Shown: piece by piece, positions 48,715 through 58,150 of the stretch
How the letters are laid out: each line of letters opens with the position of its first letter
How positions within the stretch are numbered: the first letter of the stretch is position 1
NCBI GenBank assembly: GCA_963849385.1
Contig: CAWKHH010000003.1
Span: forward strand, 419,974-483,973
DNA length: 64,000 nt
Direction of reading: 5' to 3'
Source of the DNA: Ignavibacteriota bacterium
GTDB taxonomy: Bacteria > Bacteroidota > Ignavibacteria > UBA10030 > UBA6906
Made by a program: the position numbers and the translations under genes
The notes under the pieces: generated by a model
Database searches by the model: none
What the model was told of the DNA's origin: nothing
What the model saw: the letters and a program-made list of their open reading frames with translations, nothing else

Positions 48715-49105
48715 GTGATAGCGAATCAACTGACTCTTGGAGCGTGTCTTCTTGGAGTACTTCGGGGACATGGCTACGAAGTGACAGTTGTGGAGACTTA
48801 TGACACATCCCCCGACGTCTCTCTCGCTATGGCGCGACATACTGTGTGACCTGGTGATCGTCACAAACACCAGTCTCTCGCCAGACTACATCCGCATTGT
48901 CGTTGCTGATATCAGGGTTCGGGATCCGCACGCCCGCATCATAGTGCTCTCTGGATATAGTCCTGACGACTTTGTGGAAGATCTGGAGCAGGAAGGGATC
49001 GATGGCTTCCTTGCACTCCCATTTGAAGAGGGCGAACTGCTGAACGAGATAGCCAAGATACTTGCCAAGCCGCCGCCCTTGCTCGAGGGTGTGTACTTCT
49101 CATGA
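48715..49105 (+). CDS. Stand-alone receiver (REC) domain protein, atypical (phospho-acceptor Asp apparently replaced), with a frameshift about 48790-48850
   Basis: N-terminal half VLVIANQLTLGACLLGVLRGHGYEVTVVETYD hand-translated in frame 3. C-terminal half DLVIVTNTSL...RIIVLSGYSPDDFVEDLEQEGIDGFLALPFEEGELLNEI in listed ORF 48788..49105. Confidence 0.35.
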
Positions 49106-49267
49106 AGTAGCCGGCTCCGAGTTCATTCTCTATTGTTCATTCTCTGTATTGATTCCCTACTCAATCCGCACGAAAATCAGCTCCAAGAACTTCGCCATCT
49201 TCCAATCCTCGGTGAAGCGATCATTCAAAATATGAAACAGGAGCGATTCTACCCAAGGGACAGCCCT

Positions 49268-50836
49268 TCAAAAACGTAAAACCCCGAACATCCAGTCGGC
49301 AAACACCAGGAGTATCCCGACAGTCAGGAACCACCCGAGGATCTCCAGCGCAAACCCGTACTTCACCATATCCCTCACCGTAACATGGCCCGTGGCATAC
49401 ACCAGAGCGTTGGGCGGTGTGGCTACCGGGAGCATGAATGCCAGGGAAGCCCCGACTGCCGCAGCAACTGCAAGGGTCGCCGGATCCGAGCCGCTCCGCA
49501 TAGCCAGCGAGATGACCACAGGCACCATCATTGTGGTCACGGCCGTGTTCGACGTTACCTCCGTGAGGAGTCCCAAAAAGGCCACAACGCAAAAGATCAT
49601 GACGATCGGTGATGGAGAGCCGATCATCCCTGTGAATGCCGTGCCGAGCCATGTCGCCAGGCCGCACCTGAACATCGCGTCCGAGAGTGCTATCCCCCCT
49701 CCGAACAGCAGCAACGTCCCCCAGTCGACAATTGCCGTGTCTTTCCAGTCGAGCAGGAAAATCCGATTCTTCAAATTTATAGGAATCAAGAACATCAGCA
49801 CGCCGGCCGCCAGGCCGATGTTGAACTCGTCAATCCATGCCAGCTGGTGCGCAAGGCCGGAGGGAAAGAGGGTGTTCCAGAACGGATTCGAGATCCATGA
49901 GATAACGGCAAGGAGAAACACGCCGATCGTCCCCCGTTCGCCGGCAGAGAGCGGACCCAGTCTCTCCCGTTCGCGCAACAGCATGTCGCGCACATTTCCG
50001 GCGGAAGAAAAAGGGGCTTTGCTCACCAGCACCAGAACGCACCAGGCAACGGGGATCATCACAACCACAAACGGGATGCCGAACGAAAGCCAGCCAAGAA
50101 ACGTAATGCGATGAAAAGCGGGATCGCCGGCAAATGTCGACTGTAGTATCCCAAGAGCAATCGCGTTGGGCGGTGTGCCAATCACCGTACCTACGCCGCC
50201 GATCGACGCCGCCCATGCAATTCCCAGCATCAGAGCCGTCCGGTAACGGGGCGAACCCGATCCCATTGCCGACAGGATCCCCAGTCCGAGGGGGAGCATC
50301 ATCGCAGCAGTGGCAGTATTGGATATCCACATCGACAGAAATCCGGTCACGCCCATCACTGCGAGCAGTGTGGCCGCCGGACTGTTGGCCATGTTTCCGC
50401 GTGTCAGCATCCAGAGTGTGAGACGACGGTCGAGCCCCCACTTCTGCATGGCAGCAGCAAGCAGGAATCCGCCGAGGAAAAGATAGATCACCGGGTGCGC
50501 ATAGTGTGCCAGTGTGTATTTTCCGGTGAACTCCACCACAGAGGCGCCCTGTAAACCTACCACGTGGAGGAGGGGAAGAAGAATTGCAGGAAGGAGAGCC
50601 GTCACGGGAAGAGGCACCGCTTCGGTGATCCACCAAACTACCATCAATACAAGGAGAGCCAGAACCACCTGCATCGATGATGCAAGCGCGGTAGGATCCA
50701 GGGACGATCCGGCAAGAAGTACCGCGCTGCGGGCAACCATGGCAAAGACGGAAAAGGTGGGAGCCACGATAACGACGAGGAAACCACATAGTCCCAGCAA
50801 GAAGCCAAGCGTCTTCGGCGAACGAACACCGGACAA
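49268..50836 (-). CDS. DASS/SLC13-family anion:sodium symporter (CitT/NadC-like)
   Basis: 522 aa, about 12-14 TM helices. Duplicated SNTAT-like motifs (WISNTATAAMMLP and TSNTAVTTMMVP). Confidence 0.85.
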   Translation of the reverse strand: MSGVRSPKTLGFLLGLCGFLVVIVAPTFSVFAMVARSAVLLAGSSLDPTALASSMQVVLALLVLMVVWWITEAVPLPVTALLPAILLPLLHVVGLQGASVVEFTGKYTLAHYAHPVIYLFLGGFLLAAAMQKWGLDRRLTLWMLTRGNMANSPAATLLAVMGVTGFLSMWISNTATAAMMLPLGLGILSAMGSGSPRYRTALMLGIAWAASIGGVGTVIGTPPNAIALGILQSTFAGDPAFHRITFLGWLSFGIPFVVVMIPVAWCVLVLVSKAPFSSAGNVRDMLLRERERLGPLSAGERGTIGVFLLAVISWISNPFWNTLFPSGLAHQLAWIDEFNIGLAAGVLMFLIPINLKNRIFLLDWKDTAIVDWGTLLLFGGGIALSDAMFRCGLATWLGTAFTGMIGSPSPIVMIFCVVAFLGLLTEVTSNTAVTTMMVPVVISLAMRSGSDPATLAVAAAVGASLAFMLPVATPPNALVYATGHVTVRDMVKYGFALEILGWFLTVGILLVFADWMFGVLRF

Positions 50837-50921
50837 GGTCTTTACACTCCCTCCTGGCTCTGCTTTTTCAAACTTTTGTCATGCTTTAGAAACCAATCGT
50901 ACAATTCTTAATTTGAATTTG

Positions 50922-51101
50922 TCAGTTGTCGAAATAGTCCTTGACCTGGAATAAATGTTTGAGTGTATCATGTTCTATAATGCGCGTATAAGTAATCGTT
51001 CTATTCTTTGGCACTGAATAATGCAAAGTAGAAGTATCTCTCTCTTGGGCCATTGAAAATCCCAAGATAAATATCAGCAATATGATTATGGTAGTACGCT
51101 T
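50922..51101 (-). CDS. Small AT-rich ORF encoding a 59-aa putative secreted peptide (MKRTTIIILLIFILGFSMAQERDTST...)
   Basis: Lies in a locally AT-rich island (about 50840-51118). Its codon usage is strikingly different from the GC-rich host. ATG hand-located at 51101. Same frame as the 4Fe-4S gene upstream, which is why the track merged them. Confidence 0.3.
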   Translation of the reverse strand, partial: KRTTIIILLIFILGFSMAQERDTSTLHYSVPKNRTITYTRIIEHDTLKHLFQVKDYFDN

Positions 51102-51118
51102 CATTGTAATCGCGTGCC

Positions 51119-52082
51119 TCAACCAACGCCTTTTTTGAAACTCGTTTTCAGCGCTCCGGTCGGACAGCTCACAACGCAACGCTGACAGAGGATGCAATCG
51201 CCTTTGCCAATGCGTATGCCCATTCTCACATGCGCAGCCACGGGAATGTCCATCGGACAGACTTTCGTGCACGCCTCGCATCCGGTGCACGCCTCGGCCT
51301 GGGCGGAGACATGGAGAAGCGCCGGGCGGCTCGTCCAACGCAGAATGAATCCGGTGGGACAAAGGTACTTGCAGAACGCGCGTTGGTCGTGCAGAGCCAG
51401 ATGCCAGCGCAATAGCTGCCGCATAGTAAACGGCAACGCCGGCAGCAACGGACCAAACGCTGTTGCCGCGCATGTGTCCGCGGGCTCCGCCGGACTGGGA
51501 GTCTAACACCAGCGCGAACAGAGCTGCGGCCGCAAAACTGACGGCCACACCGACAAGCGGTGTCCAAACCCAAACACCCTTGCGCCGGCCCGAGCCCTTG
51601 CCGACGGGAAGACGCTCGAGCACCATCGCGCGCCAACACCCCCATCCACACAGAACTCGGCCAAAGATGAGCGGCCCGACGACGGTGGTCACCATCGTGT
51701 GACCGATAGCCGGGCCTAATGTTCCCAGGATCAGGAGCTCGAAGAAGCCATCGAGGTCGAGGTTGACGGCATCAACCAATGAGAACATGAGAATTCCCAA
51801 TCCACCGGTGGCCAGGACGAGCCATCGCCACCACTGTTTGCGGTCAGCGCGGGCAAAGGCGTAGCCGGCGAGAAATGGACCTTGGGAGAGCCCCGAAACG
51901 AAGAGAGCAATAGCGAAACCCAATGCGTTTCCCCGGAACAGTACTACTGCAGCCAACGGCCAAAAGACGAGAAGGGAGATAGCGCTGACGACGAGCAACG
52001 CACGACTGACTCTACGGGGGGTCGCGCACTCTCCGGTCACGGGATCCTCCGAGCATACGCGTTCATTCGGATTCTTCTTCAC
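51119..52082 (-). CDS. Membrane-bound 4Fe-4S-binding protein (NapH/MauN-like polyferredoxin), with a frameshift about 51350-51450
   Basis: TM-rich N-terminal part in ORF 50922..52082. C-terminal ferredoxin motifs CKYLCPTG and CTGCEACTKVCP / CILCQRCVVSCP in ORF 51119..51448. Confidence 0.6.
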
Positions 52083-52494
52083 CTGTAGAAATGTCTCTAA
52101 ACATATAAATAGACTTCGTTACAATTGATGAAACAACTACGTGTCCCTTGTCAAAACTTCGTCCAAGTCAAAAATAACGAATCCGAATTCAAATCGCTAC
52201 TTCGTGTCCAGGGATGATCTCGAATACCCTGAGATCGAGCGTATCCATGAACCTCTTCGCCTTCGCGATCTCTTCCGGGAGCCATTTCTTCGGGAACGCC
52301 GCGCGAACCCGATTCTTGCCATTCAGCAGAAAATTGTCACGCTCCTCTCAATACTGAGTGCTTCTGCACACTCGACCGCCGCTCGGCGGTCCATTCCGCC
52401 GTTCACAGGAATCGCGTCAACATTCGAGCGATCTTGGCGTATCCTCCTAAGAGCCACACCAGTCGGACCGCGCAAGAATACGGAGAACACAATC

Positions 52495-54749
52495 ATGTCA
52501 TCAAGAAGAATCAGCTGGTTCATTTGCCTCCTCACTATGCACTGCCGGCAATGGATCTCGGTCAGGAGAAGGGGCCGGCAGTCATTGCGGGCGTCATTCA
52601 GGATGACGCCGGCGTACCCCTCTCGATGGTCAATGTGCAGATGGAAGGCACCTGCGACGGCGATGCTACGGATGCGAAGGGAAGGTTTGCTTTTGCCACT
52701 CGCACTCTCGGGAAGAGTGTCCTTCGGGCATCGCTGATAGGATATGAACCGATCAGGATCACGTTGAAGCTGTCACAGGGTGATTCGGTATTCCTCCGCA
52801 TGACGATGGGTGAAGTACTGGTGAAGATGGGTGAGGTAGTGGTGACAGGGAGCGCCTATACAATAGGTGATGAGCCGGAGGCCTTGACCCTGCACTCTCT
52901 CGATGTCGTCACCACAGCAGGAGCATCGGCCGATGTTCTCCGTGCAATACAGACACTGCCGGGGGTTGTTACGATCGACGAAGGTGCCGGACTTTTTGTC
53001 CGCGGCGGCGATGTGAGTGAAACGACGATCCTTCTTGACCAGGCAACAGTTGTGCACCCGTACAAATTCGAATCGCCCACGGGCGGGTACTTCGGCACTA
53101 TTCCTCCCTTTCTTCTCGGTGGGACATTCTTCTCGTCCGGAGGATTTTCCAGCCGCTACGGAAACGCGCTCTCAGGCGTCCTGGCGATGGAAAGCATGAA
53201 CATGCCTGCAAAGCTTACACTGTCTGCAGGCGTCGGGCTTGCGGCGGGGTCTCTTGGCGCAAGCATTCCCATTATCCCGAACTCGCTCGGGATCCGTGTT
53301 TCATGCAACAAGACCTTCACCGATGCCATGATGAGGATGAACGGCTCGCGCGGGAAGTTCGAAGTTCCACCCGACGGCTTCGACGGCAACCTGAGCCTCA
53401 TCTGGAAGTACTCACCCGATGCGCAAGTGAAATTCCTCAGCTTTGTGAATAGCGATCGGATCGGCGTTCAGGTAGATCAGCCTTCATTCGCGGGAATCTA
53501 TGATTCACGCGAGCTGAACCGGCTTCACAACCTCCAATGGACCAAGACCTCGGAACGATGGCTTATGAAGGGGAGCCTCTCGTTGAATCAGTTTGTTACC
53601 GATCAGGAGCTCGGGAATTTGCACCTGAAGCCTTCCGACATCAGCTACAAAGCCCGCTTCGATGCTGACGGGGATCTCGATGACCAGCGTCGATTGTTCG
53701 TCGGAGCCGAGTGTGAGAAGATGACAAATCGGTTTGAAGGAACCGTTCCCCGGAATCCTGTGGTGCTCGATCCCAACGCAAGCACATATGTTTTGGATGA
53801 GAACAAAACGCCGTGAGAGTCGGAGCGTACTCGGAACTCGAAGCCCGTTTGTCTCAGAGAGTAACTGCAAACCTCGGGATCAGGAGCGATTACCATAGTC
53901 TGGCAAATGAAGCGATTGTGGATCCGCGAGTGTCGTTTCGATACGACATTTCAAAAGAGTTGCGCGCCCGGCTTGGCTGGGGAATCTATCATCAGTTTCC
54001 CCGAGCCGTACGTGTACAATGCAGTGACCGGCAATCCTCACCTGACCTCTCAACGGTCACTGCATTTCATTGCAGGAGCGGAGTACTCCAACGAACTTGT
54101 CCTTTGCCGGATGGAGGCCTATCGGAAGTCTTACGCGAATCTCGTTCTGCGAACGGAGGTCATCGCACTACGAAAACATGGGAGATGGTGTTGCATCAGG
54201 GATTGACTTCTTTCTGAAATATGGAGGCTTCCTGAGAACTCCGGTGAGCGGTTGGATATCGTACAGCTACCTCAATGCACGTCGACTGCAGGCTCGAGAC
54301 CTCGTGCAGACGATTGTGTATGAGGAGGCGCCCTCGTCCTTCGACATTACCCACAACCTCACTGTTGTAGGCAAGATCCAGTTGATTCAGCTGTTAAGCC
54401 TTGGACTCACATTCCGTTACGCCACGGGCGTACCTGTGACGCCGGTTGTGGGGGCAATCCGCGCGAGATGGAGCCGACTACTATGAGCCGATCCAGGGCC
54501 CGGTGAATTCGGAACGGATGCCGGCTTTTGTTCGCCTGGATGCAACCCTGGCATACTTCCAGCCATTTGGCGACGTCAAACTCAGTGACATTCTTCCTCG
54601 GAGTGACAAATTTGCTCGACCGGCCAAATCCTGTCCGCTACGAGTACTCGGCCGACTATACGCAACGACGACTCAGAACGACAGATTACCATCGGTTCAT
54701 CTACTTTGGGACCTCACTTTCTCTGGGTTCCATAGATGCCGGGGACTAG
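52495..54749 (+). CDS. TonB-dependent receptor-like outer-membrane protein (CarbopepD_reg domain + plug + beta-barrel), fragmented by at least 5 frameshifts
   Basis: Signal peptide MSSRRISWFICLL (ATG 52495). CarbopepD_reg (VIQDDAGVPLSMVNVQMEGT...DAKGRFAF). Plug (VVVTGSAY...LRAIQTLPGVV...GLFVRGG). Barrel strands across ORFs 53813.., 53907.., 54070.., 54446... C-terminal strands SVTFFLGVTNLLDRPNPVRYEYS...YFGTSLSL in 54528..54749. Confidence 0.65.
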
Positions 54750-54797
54750 TCCTTCCACCATCCAACGAGAGGATAACAATGAAAAGATACATGTGGC

Positions 54798-55564
54798 ATG
54801 ATAATCGCAGGTATCATTCTGCTTGCCAGTGGAACGGCGTGCTGCCAAACGCCGACGACAACAACAATGGCTTATCGAAGCAAAGAACTGCCTCAGACAG
54901 GGGGATAACACGGCCCGCGGGGAGGATTTCTGTCGCGCAAAGGCACTCCTCAACCAGATGCACTGCAGGAGATGAGTATCAGGCCCTGGCAGAATACTAC
55001 ATCGGGTACGCCGACTATCGGTTGGGTGTCGTGGTGTATCGCATGGACAAAGAAAAAGCAATTGTGTACCTTGACAGCGCGGTTGATCATCTCGCAAGGG
55101 CCATCGAAAAGGAGAACGATTTTGCCGAAGCGCACGCGTTGCTTTCCAGCTGCTACGGCATAAAGATCTCGTTTGCACCGTTCAAAGCTATCGTGCTCGG
55201 GCCCAAGTCGGGCATGGAGATGCAGAAAGCCAAAAACCTTTCACCCGAGAATCCAAGAATCGCCCTCCTGGGAGCCATCGGCACCTATAACACCCCTGCA
55301 CTTTTCGGCGGAGGAAAGGAGAAGGGCCTTGACGCGTTGAAGAAGGCCGCAGAGCTTTTTGATCGGTGGAACACCGCGGACTCCCTCCGGCCCGATTGGG
55401 GAGCGGCCGAAGTCTACGCCTGGATCGGTCTGGCGTATGTTGACAGAAATGAAACGATCCTCGCGCGCAAGGCATTCGAGAATGCCTTGCGGATCAATCC
55501 AGACTATGGTTGGGTCAAGTATGAGCTTCTTCCCAAAGTGACGTCACAATCCGGCCTGCAATGA
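54798..55564 (+). CDS. TPR-repeat lipoprotein, with two frameshifts near the N-terminus
   Basis: Lipoprotein-like signal MIIAGIILLASGTACC, hand-translated at 54798. TPR-like helices in listed ORF 54446..55564 (EYQALAEYYIGYADYRLG...AEVYAWIGLAYVDRNE). ATGA overlap with lytS. Confidence 0.5.
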
Positions 55565-56667
55565 ACGGTACAGTCAGTCCTGGCGAGGTCTCCCCTCCTC
55601 ACGCTGCAGTAGGAGAACCGTATCCGCCTGGCGTTACTCAACGCGGTGTGGCAATTGTCCTGGCCGCCTGGTGCGTGTACACATTGTTTGCGGCATTTCC
55701 GCTGGCTGCGACGAACCGTGTTCCTTTCTTCACGGCACTGAGCTGGCAGCTATACCAAAACGCAGCCATGTTCGGATTCAGCGTCCCCGCCTGGTTCATT
55801 GTCATTCGTCGCATGAATGCGACCCGTTGGTATTGGAAGGGACTAGTGCATCTCTTGCTCGGCCCGGCCTACGCAGTAGCGGGCTACCTGTATCTCTTCC
55901 TGTCGGTCCGATGGTTCGCAAGTCCGGCCGATGCCGCGGCAATTCAGGGGGGTGCAACCTGGGTGCTCTATTCAAATCTCATTCTCTACATCCTGCAGTT
56001 TACGCTGTATCATAGTTACGACATCCTCAGGAGGCTGCGCCTCAAGGAGAAGCTCACATTAGAGTTGCTGGCTCTCACGAAAGAACAGGAGTTGGCAACG
56101 TTACGTGCGCAGATGAACCCGCACTTCTTCTACAACACGCTCAACAGTATCAGTGCAATGACGGCAATCGATGCCGAAGAAACGCGCACAATGATTGCGC
56201 AGCTTGCCGACCTGCTCCGGTATGCCACTGACAGCTCGAAGAAGGACTTTGTGCCCTTGAAGGATGAACTGAAGTTTGTGGAGGACTACATTGCCCTGGA
56301 AACACGACGGATGGGAGACAGACTCGCAACGAAGTTCCAGATTGATGATTCTCTTGTCTCGTATCCTGTGCCGCCGATGATTCTTCAGCCTCTGGTCGAG
56401 AACGCGATCAGGCATGGGATAGCGCCGTCGGAGGAGGGGGGAAGTATCTGTGTGAAGATTCAAAAGGACAGCGGCGGGATTGCATTCCACATTACCGATA
56501 CCGGCGTTGGTTTGTCCTGCGACGATCCGCTGACAGCGGCCGGAGGCGTCGGCCTGAAGAACACCGATGCCCGTCTGCGGAAGGTTTATGGAGAGTCGGC
56601 CGGGTTGAGAATGAGGTCGCTCACCGGGACAGGATGCGAAGTCGCCTTTACACTGCCGATACGATGA
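55561..56667 (+). CDS. LytS/YehU-family sensor histidine kinase
   Basis: Five TM helices, then His_kinase domain (NPHFFYNTLNSI) and HATPase_c (ENAIRHGI...DTGVGL). Confidence 0.85.
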   Translation: MNGTVSPGEVSPPHAAVGEPYPPGVTQRGVAIVLAAWCVYTLFAAFPLAATNRVPFFTALSWQLYQNAAMFGFSVPAWFIVIRRMNATRWYWKGLVHLLLGPAYAVAGYLYLFLSVRWFASPADAAAIQGGATWVLYSNLILYILQFTLYHSYDILRRLRLKEKLTLELLALTKEQELATLRAQMNPHFFYNTLNSISAMTAIDAEETRTMIAQLADLLRYATDSSKKDFVPLKDELKFVEDYIALETRRMGDRLATKFQIDDSLVSYPVPPMILQPLVENAIRHGIAPSEEGGSICVKIQKDSGGIAFHITDTGVGLSCDDPLTAAGGVGLKNTDARLRKVYGESAGLRMRSLTGTGCEVAFTLPIR

Positions 56668-57416
56668 AGACAAAGATGACCACCATACTTGTCGACGACG
56701 AGCCGCTCGCCCGTCACCTGCTGAAGGAGTACCTGCAGGATTTTCCCGATATCAGGATCGTGGGCGAATGCAAGAACGGCAGGCAAGCGATAAAAGCCAT
56801 CAACGAGCATCGGCCCGATCTTGTGTTTCTCGATATCCGCATGCCGGGAATAGATGGGTTTGAAGTTCTGGAGCACCTCACGTATCTGCCTCACATCATT
56901 TTCTCGACTGCATACGGCGACTATGCCTTGAAGGCGTTCGAAATGAACGCCGTCGACTATCTTCTCAAACCATACGATCGGCGGAGATTCTCCCGCGCGC
57001 TTCAAAAGGCTATTGACAGAAGAACCACATCGACTGGAGATATTGACCGAATAGTTGAGCTCATGCAGCAATCGAAGGAACCGGGGGAGTTTCCCGAACG
57101 CATCTTCGTCCGCGTTGGAAGGAAGATCACTCCAGTTCAGGTACGTGACATTCTGTGGATCGAAGCTGAAGAGGATTATTCCCTCATACATGCGTCAGGC
57201 GGCGCTCATCTCTGCAACTTGAGCCTTAATGCTCTTGAAGAGCGTTTGAACCCCTCCCATTTCATGCGCGTACATCGCTCACATATCGTAGCCTGTAATT
57301 CCATTGAGCACCTTTCCGGCGACGGCGAAGGAGGGTTCGTGGCAGTGTTGAAGGACGGATCCAAAGTCAGAGTGGGCCGAACCTACGCGTCCAAGATTCG
57401 TCAAATCGTCTGGTGA
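56664..57416 (+). CDS. LytTR-family response regulator
   Basis: REC domain (TILVDDEPLAR...LVFLDIRMPG) plus LytTR DNA-binding domain (FVRVGRKITPVQVRDILWIEAEEDYSLIH). Start moved to MKTKM. Confidence 0.9.
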   Translation: MKTKMTTILVDDEPLARHLLKEYLQDFPDIRIVGECKNGRQAIKAINEHRPDLVFLDIRMPGIDGFEVLEHLTYLPHIIFSTAYGDYALKAFEMNAVDYLLKPYDRRRFSRALQKAIDRRTTSTGDIDRIVELMQQSKEPGEFPERIFVRVGRKITPVQVRDILWIEAEEDYSLIHASGGAHLCNLSLNALEERLNPSHFMRVHRSHIVACNSIEHLSGDGEGGFVAVLKDGSKVRVGRTYASKIRQIVW

Positions 57417-57558
57417 CTTTCTTTCCTTAGCCCCACCAAGACTCCCTCCGCGTGGAGAATTGGAATTCTATACTTGTTTTTGCCTCCCTCTGATAAGGCC
57501 CGGGTCGATTTCCGAGTCTTCCGTTATTCTGCTCAACAATGGCGATTACCGTCTATAA

Positions 57559-58150
57559 GGCCATTTGTCCCCTGGTGGCACTATCGGAGAACGAGCAGCT
57601 TGCGCGTCTGCACGAACGATCCCGCTTCTATCCGGTAGAAGTAGACGCCGCTCGACAGGCCTGATGCATCAAACCGGACTGTGTGATACCCCGCTTCCAT
57701 CTCTCCTTCCACCAGTGAAGCCACCTCTTCACCCAGGGTGTTGTACACCGTCAACCGCACTTGACCTCGTTGTGGAAGCCCAAACGTGATTGTAGTGCTC
57801 GGGTTAAACGGATTAGGATAATTCTGCAAGAGAACCCAGGTGCTCGGCACTCCTTGCGGTAGATCCTTCACTGCCGTAGTGGAACGCAAAAAATGTCCCC
57901 TGCTGCTATACGGTCCCCACCCCGTCAGGTTGTGCGCCCGTACTCGCCAATAGTACTCCATGTTCTTTATCATGCTTCGGATTACTGCCGTCGTGTCCGT
58001 CAGTAGTGAGTCTATCCCTATCATGGTGAACGCTGAATCAATACTGTACTCCATCCAGTACCTGTCCACAAATGGTCCGGTCGATCTCCACCTCAGCCGA
58101 AGCGTGTCAGCGTTCACCACGGCATTCTGAGAAGGCTCAACAAGCGAAAC
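57559..58150 (-). repeat. Dispersed repeat A: FN3-like domain + T9SS CTD + 22-nt 3' flank. Paralogous to 61266-61860.
   Basis: The last 52 nt (9 codons + stop + 22 nt downstream: GGCCATTTGTCCCCTGGTGGCACTATCGGAGAACGAGCAGCTTGCGCGTCTG) are identical between copies. About 85% nt identity over about 0.5 kb upstream. Confidence 0.55.

Noticed and set aside
52141-52330. Protein-like minus-strand frame (…KNRVRAAFPKKWLPEEIAKAKRFMDTLDLRVFEIIPGHEVAI*) upstream of the TonB receptor
   Set aside because: No usable start codon after the preceding stop and only about 55 codons. Possibly a gene remnant, but unsupported.
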